A stretch of DNA of 64,000 nucleotides from Basidiobolus meristosporus CBS 931.73. Taxonomy: Eukaryota; Fungi; Basidiobolomycota. The stretch lies in assembly GCA_002104905.1 (NCBI GenBank), contig MCFE01000407.1, positions 1 to 64,000 on the forward strand. The letters are read 5' to 3'. The first letter of the stretch is position 1; every line of letters begins with the position of its first letter. Under the pieces are notes generated by a model. It made no database searches. It had not been told where the DNA came from and saw nothing but the letters and a program-made list of their open reading frames with translations. The position numbers and the translations under genes were made by a program. This document shows, piece by piece, positions 49,509 through 61,149 of this stretch.

Positions 49509-50560
49509 CCCTATGAGAAGTATTTGTTATGATCCCACCAAAAAGCTGTTACAGATTCTAAGTCCTGTGATTAAGAGGTACTGATCCCATCAGGACACCA
49601 TGCAGAGACCATTGAAAAATAATTGCACCCCATATTTCACAAAAAACTTAGTCAAAATTTCTCATAACATCAATATACAAGTGACTTTTGATTGGTTCCC
49701 TGCCACTTTCCAATCTCAAACACTCAGCACCTATAGATTTTCTGCTGTATCACTCTGTTTCCATGACTTTGGTGGGTGCTCAACAGCTTTGTGCAACTGT
49801 TCATTCAATGCAAGGATTTTTGGTGCTACTTTGTCTGCATGCCTCTTGTAATGAACTACATTTTCTCCAAGATGAATTCTGCTCTGATGCATCTGTGTGG
49901 GCATGCTTGTCTCTTACTGGCACACTCCTGGCAATCTAATGTCTCTTTTCCGCTTGTTTAGAGCTCTCTGCTGTAGTTGTGAAAGGCTCCAGAGAAAGCT
50001 GCTGGTCTTTATCACTGCCAAGTCCGTCACTACCACTTTGACTGAGTGCCTCTTGAGTGGAACTATGCTTTTTCCTTGATAAATGTTGTGCTGCTGCCTC
50101 CATGTCTGCCTGTTATCACTTATTGGCGTTCTTCCAGCTACCTGACATCTTTTTGACACTTGTTGGCAGCTTTTGGCCCTGCTTGTGATGGGTACTTGAG
50201 GAAGCACCTGGTTTTTAGCCATTGAACCCTTGTTCTTCTACCTTTGATAGTTTTGGCTACTCTTAAGATACTTTCTTAGCATACCAATGCCAGCCCAAAA
50301 TCAGTTTGCCCATTTAAATCCAGGATAGTGCTCATGGAGCAGGTCAAGTGCATTCTACTTGGCCTTGAGTTGCTGATGGTCCCATGGTGTGCTGGCTGAA
50401 AGGTGATGGCATGCTAGACTTCTGATGACCTCTTGAATACAAGCCCACTCTTCATTATTGCACTCAATGGCTTCACAGATCTTCAGTACCTTTTGATTTT
50501 TAAGCTTTGTATAAATACCAAATTGTCTTCCTCCCATGCTGTGATAGGTTTTTCTGTGGG
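49509..50560. mobile_element. CACTA/CMC deletion derivative carrying part of the second (accessory) ORF
   Basis: Starts CCCTATGAGAAG and ends TTTTTCTGTGGG. Minus-strand EEWACIQEVIRSLACHHL..WDHQQLKAK aligns with 61830-62290. No TSD seen. Confidence 0.55.
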
Positions 50561-52324
50561 CTTTATCTCTATGAAAAGTTACTATTATGATCCTGTCAAA
50601 AGGCTGTCACAGATTCTAACTCCTGTGACTAAGAGGTAATGATTCCATCAGGACACTGTGCAAAAATTGTCAAAAAAAATTGCATTCCATACAACATAAA
50701 TTTGGCCATAATACATCATCATGACAATACAAAGGTGTCTTTCATATGGTTGTCTGCTAATTTTCTCACTTTCTGATCACAGACACTCTACCACCTTCTA
50801 CATTTGTGTGCATTGATTGACTATTGCCTCTTTTTCACACTCCTTACTTCTTAACTCAACATTTTCTCTTATTTTTGCTCAAACAAATTGATTTACTTCT
50901 GTTAAAACTTCAGTTGTGCCACAATTGCCAATCCTATTGACCTATACATGTCCCTATACCCTACACTAATATCAAGCATAACCCTACACTCAACATGTAG
51001 CTTCATTAAAATCCACCACTTAGGTAGTATTTCTGTGGTAACACTCTGTTTGCAAGACTTTGGTAGGAACCCAACAGCTTTATGCCACTGCTCCTTCACT
51101 GGTTCTGTTGCAATTTAAGAAGTGATTAGGGTACAACAGACTTATCAAGAAATAGTGGTAAGAGCTGAACTGTTGTTAATTCATGAAGATGATCAGTATT
51201 TATACCTTTGTGGAAGTACTACAGCTGTAACACTAAGTGTGGAGGGTTTCTCAACATTCAGGAGCACTCTGTAAATGTTTCAGGGTTAGTACATGATGAT
51301 TGGTAAAAAGTGTTAATCTAATCTTAACTATGGGAAATAATCATAGGATCATAGATCTGAAGAAACTGGCTAAATTAGGGCTGTAAAATGTTTCCAAAAC
51401 AATTACTTACCAGAAATATTTCTTGCAAAAAGAATACCAAAAATATTTAAGTGGCAAGTTGTTACATATGTCTGCTTGCAAATATTATCCAAACATATCA
51501 ATACTAATACAACATATCCCGCCTTTGTTTTTGTCAATGAAGTCCAACGCTCAAGGCTGATGATTTAAGTTTTATCTTAGGGCATCAAGGTAACAAGTTA
51601 TATGTTGGGGAAAGCTTGGATACTAAAGAGAAAGGTCATGTACAATTACTAAAAAGACTTATAGCTGCTGAATGATACCAAATAGTCCAATATGTCAACA
51701 CTCTTCCTCAACTAAGTAATTTCTAGATCCTAGCTCCTCTCTGAGATACTCAAATTGTGGTCTAACTAGTGATTTTGCCAATATATCTGCCACCATTTTG
51801 TCAGTTGGACAGTAAACTAACTCTACTAAGTTATTCTCTAAAGCTTCCCTTGCACAGTGGCGTTTTATATCTATGTGCTTAGTTCTGGCATTATTGGTAG
51901 GATTCCTAGCTAATGAATTTCAATCTTGATTATCTTTGTGAATATGTGTTGGTGCATCTTTGCTGAAACCCAAGACTTTGAATATTTCCATAGCCATATG
52001 GCCGCTTTAGTGGCTTGGCATGCAGCCATATATTCAGCTTCAGTTATGGAGAGGGCCACAGTTGCATGTTACTTGCAACTCCAAATAATAGCCGCACCGG
52101 CATAAAGAAATACATACTCAGTGATAGAGTGTTATGATCTGCCGCTTGAATGTTTAAGTTAGATCAGTTTTTAGTCAAATCAATTAGTATATGTTTAGGT
52201 TATCAGTATATCAGTATTATCTATGAAATCAGTAGCATTAGTCAGCAAATGAATCAGCAGATCCTTATCAGACAGAAAAAGATATATTAAGTAGGATCTT
52301 ATTGGGTGATGATGATGCAATCAA

Positions 52325-52333
52325 ATGAGTCAT
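52325..52333 (+). promoter_or_regulatory. AP-1/Gcn4-type site ATGAGTCAT in the Ty3 LTR, upstream of TATA (GTATATAAG ~52388)
   Basis: Perfect palindrome. Also at 56895-56903, and as ATGACTCAT at 35754-35762 in the diverged copy. Confidence 0.5.
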
Positions 52334-52555
52334 CAGCCACAACCTACATTAGGAAATACAATTAGTCAGCAATTGATCTGGCAAAATGTATATAAGGAGC
52401 TGCTGGAACCTCAATAAAAATCAGTTCAAGTTTTAGTGAATACAATACTAGCTAAACTCCCTATTCCTCTACAACTCTTATACCAAGACTTGTAACATTG
52501 GTAGCAGCGATAACCAGAAACCTCCCTCCTGAAGAAAGAAGAAAACACCCTCAAG

Positions 52556-55500
52556 ATGTCGGACAATCAAGAATGGAAGAATGCCATGCAGCAAATCCTG
52601 GCCCAACAGCAACAGCTACTCCAGATCCTCAGCCAACAGCAACAAGGAATGACTACCATGGCTCAGAGCCAGCAAAGCCCTATCAAGAGCAACTTTAGTG
52701 TGAAGGTCAACCGGTACCATGGCAGAGTCAATGAAAACCTGGGAACTTGGCTCTTTCAGATTGAAGAAGCTTTTAAAGCTAAAGGAATTGCTCCAGAGAG
52801 CAAGTTGCATTATGCAGCTTCTTACCTGGCAGATGCAGCTTTACAGTGGTACCACAACAAGATCAGGTCAGCTACTATGATGGGATGCTCTACAATCTCT
52901 ACCTGGGATGAGTTTGTGTCGGAAATTCAGGATGCTTTTGAACCTCCACACCAGCAGACACTACTAAGAAGGAAGTTAAAGACACTCAGACAGAAAGGAA
53001 TGGTGCAAGAATACATCTATGAGTACAGATGTCTACTTGGACAAATTGAAAGAATGGACCCCTTGGATCAAGTTGAATACTTTATTGATGGGTTGAAAGA
53101 AAGAACTCGCAAGGAAGTCAATTACCGAAGACCTCAGACTATTGAAGAAGCCATCAAGATTGCCATTGACTATGACTCAGCTATGTTTGGAGTTGGGAAG
53201 CCTACAGTGACTAGTCAGAAAGGCTATAATCATTATGAAAGAAGACAATCAGAAGCAGTACCAATGGAAATAGACGCTATGCAGAAGAATCCCTCCTCAG
53301 AAGAATGCAAGAAGAGAGGACTTTGCTTTAATTGCCACCAGCAGGGACATATTGCAAAATACTGCCCTCAGAGAAGAAATGGACACCAGCCAACAAGAAC
53401 CTTCAACCATATTGAATCCCATGAACACAATAATGAGGAAGATGAGCTTGAAGAAGACTCGGAACTCACCTTCCATATGACAGAAGAGTACTTGTCCCAA
53501 ATGACTTCAAACTCAGGGAAGTTATTGTACCTGAATGGAGCAATCAATGGAGTACCTGCCAAGATCATGATTGACTCAGGAGCATCGCATGAGTACATGT
53601 CAGAGCAATTTGCTTTGAAAGCTGGAATCAACTCGGAACCTACCAAATCAACTTCAGTCTCCACAGCAGATGGGAACTCCCACATAATCAACCGTATTAC
53701 CCAGCCAGTAAGAATGAAGATCAATGACTATGAAGAAGACCTACAGGCTTATATATTTGGGAACTGCAAGTTTGACCTTGTACTTGGGAAAACCTGGCTA
53801 TTTTGTCGTAATCCATCAATCAACTGGAGAACCCATGCTACTCAGATCCAAAAAGACAACAAGACCTATGAGCTATTACCTGCCAGGCTGGATTTCAACT
53901 TGGTCAATTCCAGTGTGTGTGAGACAAGTGAACTTAGCAAGACCCAGTTCTGTAGAGCACTTAGAAAAGGTACCCAGATGTTCCTCATGGCGGTATTACA
54001 GGAGGATTCCTCTATCCCAGCACCCCAGCAGGTCCAGACTCTCTTGAAGAAATATTCAGACGTGTTTCCAGATGAGCTTGTAAGCCTACCACCAGTCAGA
54101 GACGTGGATCATGCCATTGACACAGGAGATAGCCCTCCAGTGAGCAAGACACCTTACAGAATGAGTCCATTGGAATTGGAGGAAATGAAGAAACAAATTG
54201 ATCAGCTATTGGAGCAAGGATACATCAGGCCCAGCAAGTCACCTTGGGGAGCACCAGTGCTTTTTGTGAAAAAGAAGGATGGAACACTTAGGATGTGCAT
54301 TGACTACAGAGCCCTGAACTCAGTTACCGTCAAGAATAAGTACCCCATACCTCGGATTGATGAGCTTTTGGACCAACTTAATGGAGCCACTATTTTCAGC
54401 AAGATCGACCTCATGTCAGGATACAACCAGATTAGGGTGAAACCAGAAGATATCCCTAAGACAGCATTCAGGACCAGATATGGACATTACGAGTACTTAG
54501 TCATGAGTTTTGGCCTCACTAATGCCCCTGCAACATTCATGACGCTGATGCAGACTGTCTTTCAGGAGTACTTAGACAAGTTTGTGATAATCTACCTGGA
54601 TGACATATTGATATACAGCAAGACAGAAAAGGATCACATGGTGCACATTGAAAAGGTCTTGAAGAAACTAAGAGAGAACAAGCTATACGGCAAGCTAGCC
54701 AAGTGTGAATTCTTCAAGGAACACGTAGAATATCTGGGACACATAGTGACTAGCACAGGAGTAACCTTAGACCCCAAGAAGGTGGAAGTAATCAAGAATT
54801 TGAAGCAGCCCCATAGCATATCAGAACTCAGATCCTTCCTTGGAATGGTTTCCTATTATCGGAGATTTGTCAAGTCATTTGCAAGTATTGCAGCCCCTTT
54901 AACTGATATCCTCAAGAAAGAGAATACCTACAAGTGGGACATAGCTTGTGAGACTGCCTTCCAGACGCTAAAGAATGAACTTGCTAAGTTACCAAGCTTA
55001 AGAATACCAGACTTCAGAAAAGAGTTCACTCTATGCACAGATGCTTCAGATTATGCAATTGGTGGAGTGCTGAGCCAAGAACACGAGGGAAAGGACTACC
55101 CTGTTGCCTTTGAATCCAAGAAACTGAACTCAGCAGAACAAAACTATCCAGTCCATGAGAAGGAGATGCTTGCTATAATACACTGTTTGAAGACATGGAG
55201 ATGCTATATTGAAGGAGTCAAATGCACTGTGAAGACTGATCATGCCTCCCTCAAGTATATATTTACTCAGAAGGTACTCTCTAGAAGAATGACAAGATGG
55301 AGTGAATACATTCAGCAATTTGACCTGGAGATTGTCTACTGCCCTGGAAAAAACAACACGGTTGCTGATGCCTTATCAAGATTAGATCAAGTTGCACAAC
55401 TCAACTTGGTGCATGAATCAGATTGGCCTAGCCTATTACCAAAGTACTTGGAGGACCAAGCCATTCCTAATGAGGTGGATGAAGATATCAAGAAGATAAT

Positions 55501-56689
55501 CCGGGATGAAGCCAGCAAATTTGTTGTACAGGATGAAACACTCTACCGAATTGTTGATGGAAGCCCTATTGCCTATTGTCCTTATGTTGCTCGCCTGGAT
55601 TTAATACATAAGCTACACAATGGATATGGACATCTTGGGATTGAAGGAACCTATAGCCTTGTAAAAGCCAGAGCATGGTGGCCCAGAATGAAACAAGACA
55701 TTGAGAAGCTAGTAAAAACATGCCCAAACTGCCAAATCAATCAAGGCCAGCCACAAAGAATTGCCGAACTCTTCCCTTTGGAGCCTGTAAGACCATTTGA
55801 GAGATGGGGAATTGACTTTATTGGAAGACTGCCAACTACCAGGAAATGTAACCGTTGGATCCTAGTAGCTATTGACCATGCCACTAAATGGCCAGTTGCT
55901 AAAGCCGTACCAATAGCCAGTGAACAAGAAGTTGCAAGTTTCATTTACCATGAGATCCTGATGAAGTTTGGATGCCCTGTGGAGATCTTATCCGATAGAG
56001 GTGCAAACTTTATGGCAAAGACATTAGAGGCTTACCTGGAAATGCAGCAGATCAGACACTTGAAAACCTCGGCATATCACCCCAGAACTAATGGAGTCAC
56101 TGAGCGGTTTAATGGATTATTTGGAAAAATGCTGACTAAGTATGCAAATGGAGTTGTCAGTAGATGGGATGAGTATATAGACCAAGCACTCTTTGCATGC
56201 AGAGTCAGAGTACACAACACCACCCAGCAATCACCATTTTACTTAGTTTATGGATGTGAACCTAGGATTCCAGGAGATCTCACACAACCCAAGCTTACAG
56301 ATGCCTTAGAAGATGAACTTAGTCAGCCAAGTAGACACCAGCAACTGGAACAAAGACGTCAAGAGGCACAGACCAAAGTATCTCAAAGTGCAGAAAAGAT
56401 GAAGCAGAGATTTGATAAGACTATAGCACCAGAAGCATTGACAGTTGGGAACTTTGTATTGCTAAGAAACAACACTCGGAAGAAGTTTGAGCCACAATGG
56501 ACAGGACCATTCAAGATCATCAGAGAATGTCCATTTGCAACTTACCAACTGGTGGACAAGCAAGGTAATATCCGGGAAGACTTAGTGCATAGGGACAGAC
56601 TCAAGCTTGCAAGACTTGCTGATAATACTGAACCATCAAGATATTGGTATCACAAGAAAAGAGATTCAGGAGAACTCTCTCAACTTTAG
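52556..56689 (+). CDS. Single-frame Gag-Pol polyprotein, 1377 aa (capsid, CCHC knuckle, aspartic protease, RT, RNase H, integrase)
   Basis: [91 protein letters not shown]. No chromodomain at the C-terminus. Confidence 0.97.
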   Translation: MSDNQEWKNAMQQILAQQQQLLQILSQQQQGMTTMAQSQQSPIKSNFSVKVNRYHGRVNENLGTWLFQIEEAFKAKGIAPESKLHYAASYLADAALQWYHNKIRSATMMGCSTISTWDEFVSEIQDAFEPPHQQTLLRRKLKTLRQKGMVQEYIYEYRCLLGQIERMDPLDQVEYFIDGLKERTRKEVNYRRPQTIEEAIKIAIDYDSAMFGVGKPTVTSQKGYNHYERRQSEAVPMEIDAMQKNPSSEECKKRGLCFNCHQQGHIAKYCPQRRNGHQPTRTFNHIESHEHNNEEDELEEDSELTFHMTEEYLSQMTSNSGKLLYLNGAINGVPAKIMIDSGASHEYMSEQFALKAGINSEPTKSTSVSTADGNSHIINRITQPVRMKINDYEEDLQAYIFGNCKFDLVLGKTWLFCRNPSINWRTHATQIQKDNKTYELLPARLDFNLVNSSVCETSELSKTQFCRALRKGTQMFLMAVLQEDSSIPAPQQVQTLLKKYSDVFPDELVSLPPVRDVDHAIDTGDSPPVSKTPYRMSPLELEEMKKQIDQLLEQGYIRPSKSPWGAPVLFVKKKDGTLRMCIDYRALNSVTVKNKYPIPRIDELLDQLNGATIFSKIDLMSGYNQIRVKPEDIPKTAFRTRYGHYEYLVMSFGLTNAPATFMTLMQTVFQEYLDKFVIIYLDDILIYSKTEKDHMVHIEKVLKKLRENKLYGKLAKCEFFKEHVEYLGHIVTSTGVTLDPKKVEVIKNLKQPHSISELRSFLGMVSYYRRFVKSFASIAAPLTDILKKENTYKWDIACETAFQTLKNELAKLPSLRIPDFRKEFTLCTDASDYAIGGVLSQEHEGKDYPVAFESKKLNSAEQNYPVHEKEMLAIIHCLKTWRCYIEGVKCTVKTDHASLKYIFTQKVLSRRMTRWSEYIQQFDLEIVYCPGKNNTVADALSRLDQVAQLNLVHESDWPSLLPKYLEDQAIPNEVDEDIKKIIRDEASKFVVQDETLYRIVDGSPIAYCPYVARLDLIHKLHNGYGHLGIEGTYSLVKARAWWPRMKQDIEKLVKTCPNCQINQGQPQRIAELFPLEPVRPFERWGIDFIGRLPTTRKCNRWILVAIDHATKWPVAKAVPIASEQEVASFIYHEILMKFGCPVEILSDRGANFMAKTLEAYLEMQQIRHLKTSAYHPRTNGVTERFNGLFGKMLTKYANGVVSRWDEYIDQALFACRVRVHNTTQQSPFYLVYGCEPRIPGDLTQPKLTDALEDELSQPSRHQQLEQRRQEAQTKVSQSAEKMKQRFDKTIAPEALTVGNFVLLRNNTRKKFEPQWTGPFKIIRECPFATYQLVDKQGNIREDLVHRDRLKLARLADNTEPSRYWYHKKRDSGELSQL

Positions 56690-59600
56690 TAGGGGAGAAT
56701 GTTATGATCTGCCGCTTGAATGTTTAAGTTAGATCAGTTTTTAGTCAAATCAATTAGTATATGTTTAGGTTATCAGTATATCAGTATTATCTATGAAATC
56801 AGTAGCATTAGTCAGCAAATGAATCAGCAGATCCTTATCAGACAGAAAAAGATATATTAAGTAGGATCTTATTGGGTGATGATGATGCAATCAAATGAGT
56901 CATCAGCCACAACCTACATTAGGAAATACAATTAGTCAGCAATTGATCTGGCAAAATGTATATAAGGAGCTGCTGGAACCTCAATAAAAATCAGTTCAAG
57001 TTTTAGTGAATACAATACTAGCTAAACTCCCTATTCCTCTACAACTCTTATACCAAGACTTGTAACAAGAGCATCTGTTAGTCAGATTCCTACCCCAATC
57101 TAAACCACTATTGCCTTCAAATTGTTACCTATTGGCCACTCCAAAGTATTCCAGTACCCTACTTATGATACCTTGTAGATATCTCAAAATCCACTTAACT
57201 ACTGTAATTTGATCTGATCCATCATTCTGCATGAATTGGCTTACTATTCTAACTACCACTGTAATATCTGGACATGCAGACACCATCAAGAACATCTAGC
57301 TACTAACTATTGATTGATAGGCACAGTTTTGGTCCATATTTGTGCCATTTCACCTGAAACTGGCTGCAATTTGCTCAGTTTTAGATTATTATCCATAGGG
57401 GTAGCTGCAGGTTTGCAATTTTTCATTTTGAAGCATTTAAAATGACTTACATGTACTTGTACTGATTCAGCACAATTTTCTGCACAGGTATATTATTTTT
57501 TACTTCAATTCCAAGAAAACAGTTCAATTCTCCAAGATCTTTCAACTCAAACTTGCAGAAGAGATCTGATTTTGTTAGTTTGAGTCTCTTCCCTGGATCT
57601 GGAAATAGCCTTGAGCCACTAATTGAGTCTTGTACCTATCAATGATAAAATTTGAGGTTATCTTGATCTAGTATACCCATCTACATACTATTGGCTTTCT
57701 CCCATTTGGTAAATCTACCAGTTCCCACATTTTTGCGTTGATCAGTGATTGGTACTTCTCTTGCATGGTTTATTGCCACATAATAGCATTTAAACTCCGC
57801 ATTGCCTGTTCCTGATTCTGAGATTAGGCACATAAGGCAAGATAAGCTTCTTCACAATCATTGGATGTCTGTCACCAGGATCCAGGGGAATTTCTCGTTC
57901 TGGTGGATTTTCTAACTGGGATAATGTTCTCTGATCTGAATCTGGTGGAAATATCTTCCATATCTAGCTGAATTTGGTACCTATCTTCTTCATTAGTGCT
58001 GATTGCATCATCAAGCAGCTGGCCAATGATTTCAGTGGCTTTCTGATCTGAATTCTCCTTAAATACAACATCCATGCTCTTGATCAGCTTCTGAATTTTG
58101 CCATCATACACTCTATACTCTTTTGTATCAGCACAACACCCAAGAAGGATCTCTTTTCTACTCTTAAGTTTTGGCTTTGAGCATTTTTGGTCAGGGATGT
58201 GATAAAAGACATCACTGCCAAAGATCTTGAGGTGCTAGAGGTCTGTTTTTTTGCCTGTATATGCTTCAAAGAATGTAGAATTATCTAGTGATGCTGTTTG
58301 GCATCTATTCTTGATATGTACTGCAATAGTAACAAACTCAACCCAAAAACTTGTAGTACCTTTCCTTAACGTGTATCATGGATCTTCCCATCTCTACTTT
58401 TGCACTATATTCACATTTGGCTACTCAATTTTGCTGTGGAGTATGTGGAACAGTGGTCTGCTAAAGTATACCAGTAGATGAGCAATACTTTGCAAACCTC
58501 TTTGAGCAGTATTCCCCTCCATTTTCACTTCAAAGTACCTTCAATTTACACCAAGTTTGTGTTTCTACCATGTTCTTGAAGTGTTTCAGCATCTCTAAAT
58601 CCTCATCCTTTGTTTTGAGGAATTACACCTTTGTATGTCTTGTCTTGTCATGAGTAAACATCATAAAGTATCTCTTGGCTCCAAAGGATAGTATTCTCAT
58701 GGGCCCACATGGAACTGAGTGTACAATAGCCAATAATTTGGTGGTGCTAATGCCTACTGAGCTCCTGAAGTGTTGCCTAGTCTGCTTGCAATATGAACAT
58801 CCCCTATATACACTCAATTTGATTGGAATTGAGTAGTTGAGGCCAAAAATAAGCTGACTTCTCACCAATTGGTCCATTTTCTGTTCCCCTATGTAAGCTA
58901 GCCTCCTATGCCACATCACCCAGCTAATTTCATCAGTTTCAGCAATGTTGGCATACTCAGTAACAGTGATCTTGCATTGTAACATGTCTGTATTGTGATT
59001 GCTGATTTCTAAGGCTAATTTTTGTCAATTTTTACTCATTATTGAGCAGCTGAGCATATTAAAACAAATATCAGTCCCTGGGCAGTTGCTTTACTGACTG
59101 AGAGTAGGTTCTTAGCTATTGCAGGTACATGGAGTATGTCAGTCAATTTTTCTGTTGTAGCCCATGAGATATCACTCACATTTAGTAGTAAAGACCCACT
59201 GATGGTAGCATCCAGTGCAGAGTTGTCTTGCAGATAAGCCTTTCTTACAGGAATAGTCTTTGAGATGCTGACTCACTCCTTTATACCACAAATATGCGGT
59301 GATACTCAAGATTCAATATACCATTCATTACTTTTGTTACTTGCACTCTCTTGTACAGTTACAAATAACTGTTCATCAGTAGTTGTATGGTTTGCCTGCT
59401 CCAGTTTCTGTTTTTTGTCTGCTTACTTCTTCTTGCATTCTCTTGCCCAGTGTTCTGGCTTCTTACAATAGTTACAGCATCCTGGTTTGCTTTGGTTTTG
59501 TGGCTTTCCATTTTTTTTGGTGTGCCTTCCTGAGCTGAATAAAGTATTGACTTCAATTTACTCTGCTTGATTATAATATCTGAGTTCTTCATGGGGAAGT

Positions 59601-59813
59601 CTCCCTTTAACCTAGTCTAAAGTCAAATTGTCTTCTCTGCTCTCTAAAGAAAGTATGAGTGGCTCATACTTGTCTGGTAGGCTGCAAAGTAAACAGAGTA
59701 TTATTTCTTCATCATCTACACCAATATTAATACTGTAAAGTCCTTCTGCAAGTGTCTCTATTCTGGTAATGAGTTTTAGCATGTCATCATCTGGCTTTTT
59801 CCTCATGCTGAAT

Positions 59814-60546
59814 AGACTTGTTCCGTTGGATAGTGCCACATTGAGCCATGAGTGCCAAATGATGCCATAGTGTGCCAGAGAGGTCAAGTGAGCCTATACT
59901 TGGCCACAGAGTGTGAAACATAGCTCTGCATCTTCATGTAAAGCAGCCCCTGTGTTTCACCCATTGCGCAGGAGAAAATACATTTTTTGACCTTTTTTTG
60001 TGGATCAATGTAGCTCAGGATGTGTAAGAGCACAGGAGAACTGAAGATATGCATCTGGTACTCAATACCCATGGCACTGTGAATCTAGCTCCTGTAGCTT
60101 GTATCATGTCACAAAAATGAATGGCATTATTTTGGTCCACTGGTACTATCTGGCACTATAAGTGCTTTGTATAGATCTTACTTTAGGGCTAATATTTAAA
60201 TATAGTGCCTGATAGTACCAGTGGACCAAGAGAGTGCCATTCATTTTTGTGACATGATACAAGCTACAGGAGCTAGATTCAGAGTGCCATGGGTATTGAG
60301 TACCACATGCATATCTTCAATCTGCTTGTGCTCTAATACATCCTGCACAACATTGATCCAAAAGAAAGGTCAAAAAATGGATTTTCTCCAACACAATGGG
60401 TGAAACACAGGGGCTGCTTTGCATGAAGATGCAGAGCTATGTTTCACACACTGTGGCCAGGTAAAGGCTCAATTGGCCTCTCTGGCACACTATGGCATCA
60501 TTTGGCACTCATGGCTCAATGTGGCACTATTCAACGGAACAAGTCT
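59814..60546. mobile_element. 733-bp non-coding foldback element (~347-bp inverted arms, 40-bp spacer), 3-bp TSD AAT
   Basis: 59814-60160 is the reverse complement of 60201-60546 at roughly 90% identity. Termini AGACTTGTTCCGTTG; AAT on both flanks. Confidence 0.92.
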
Positions 60547-61149
60547 AATAACTTTTGCTTTAACTAAAGCTTGCTTGGCACTGACTTTGCTCTGAATATT
60601 TTCTCTGAGGATTCCCATTATGCTTTGACAGTATTTGAAGTATGATTTGTCCAATGAAGGAATTTTGCACATTGCTACATAGAGCATTGAATGCCTTTCT
60701 CTCCTTCTCTTAAGACATTTACACTTCTACTGCTGTTCCTCTGGGTTCAACTTCTTTTTCTGTCACTACATTTTTAAAGCTTTTTTTTCCTCAAGGTGGA
60801 TCTGCATCTTGATTCTCCAAAGTCTGTAGTACTTCTCATCAAATCTCTCCATTACAGGGAAGATATTTGTATTGCTCTGTCTTCTGGCGGAAGTCATCTT
60901 TAGAATAGATTAAAGCAATTGGGGCTCATAACTTGTTGCAATTTAAGAAGTGATTTGCTTATAATGAGCTTATAGCTGTTAATTTGATCTTGACTATGGG
61001 GGAGTAATCATAGGATTCTAAATCTGAAGAAACTAGCAAAGTTGGGGCTGTAAAATGGCCTAACAGTCACTAGGACTAGTCTAGAATTGTCAAGTAAGTC
61101 TTAGCTGCTGAATGATACCAAATAGTGCAATATTTTAACAGGTTCACAC

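Larger units (their letters stand above)
52130..57067 (+). mobile_element. Intact Ty3/Gypsy LTR retrotransposon
   Basis: 368-bp LTRs 52130-52497 and 56700-57067 show no difference by eye. 4-bp TSD AGAG (52126-52129, 57068-57071), PBS TGGTAGCAGCG (52499-52509, tRNA-iMet 3'-end type), PPT AGGGGAGAA (56691-56699). Confidence 0.97.
51106..61140 (-). mobile_element. Inactivated Ty1/Copia element B (family 1), host to nested Ty3 and foldback insertions
   Basis: Perfect 5-bp TSD GGTTC (51101-51105 and 61141-61145). LTRs 60934-61140 (internally deleted) and 51106-51700 (with foreign insert). PBS remnant 60922-60933. Internal region homologous to element A. Confidence 0.92.

Noticed and set aside
41920-57067. 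Copia family-1 and Ty3 LTRs are both 368 bp
   Set aside because: No sequence similarity beyond TG..CA ends; treated as coincidence.
59812-60548. TA target duplication (Tc1/mariner-type) for the foldback element
   Set aside because: Re-joining the flanks with a TA TSD leaves 3 extra bases against Copia A; the AAT model aligns without gaps.
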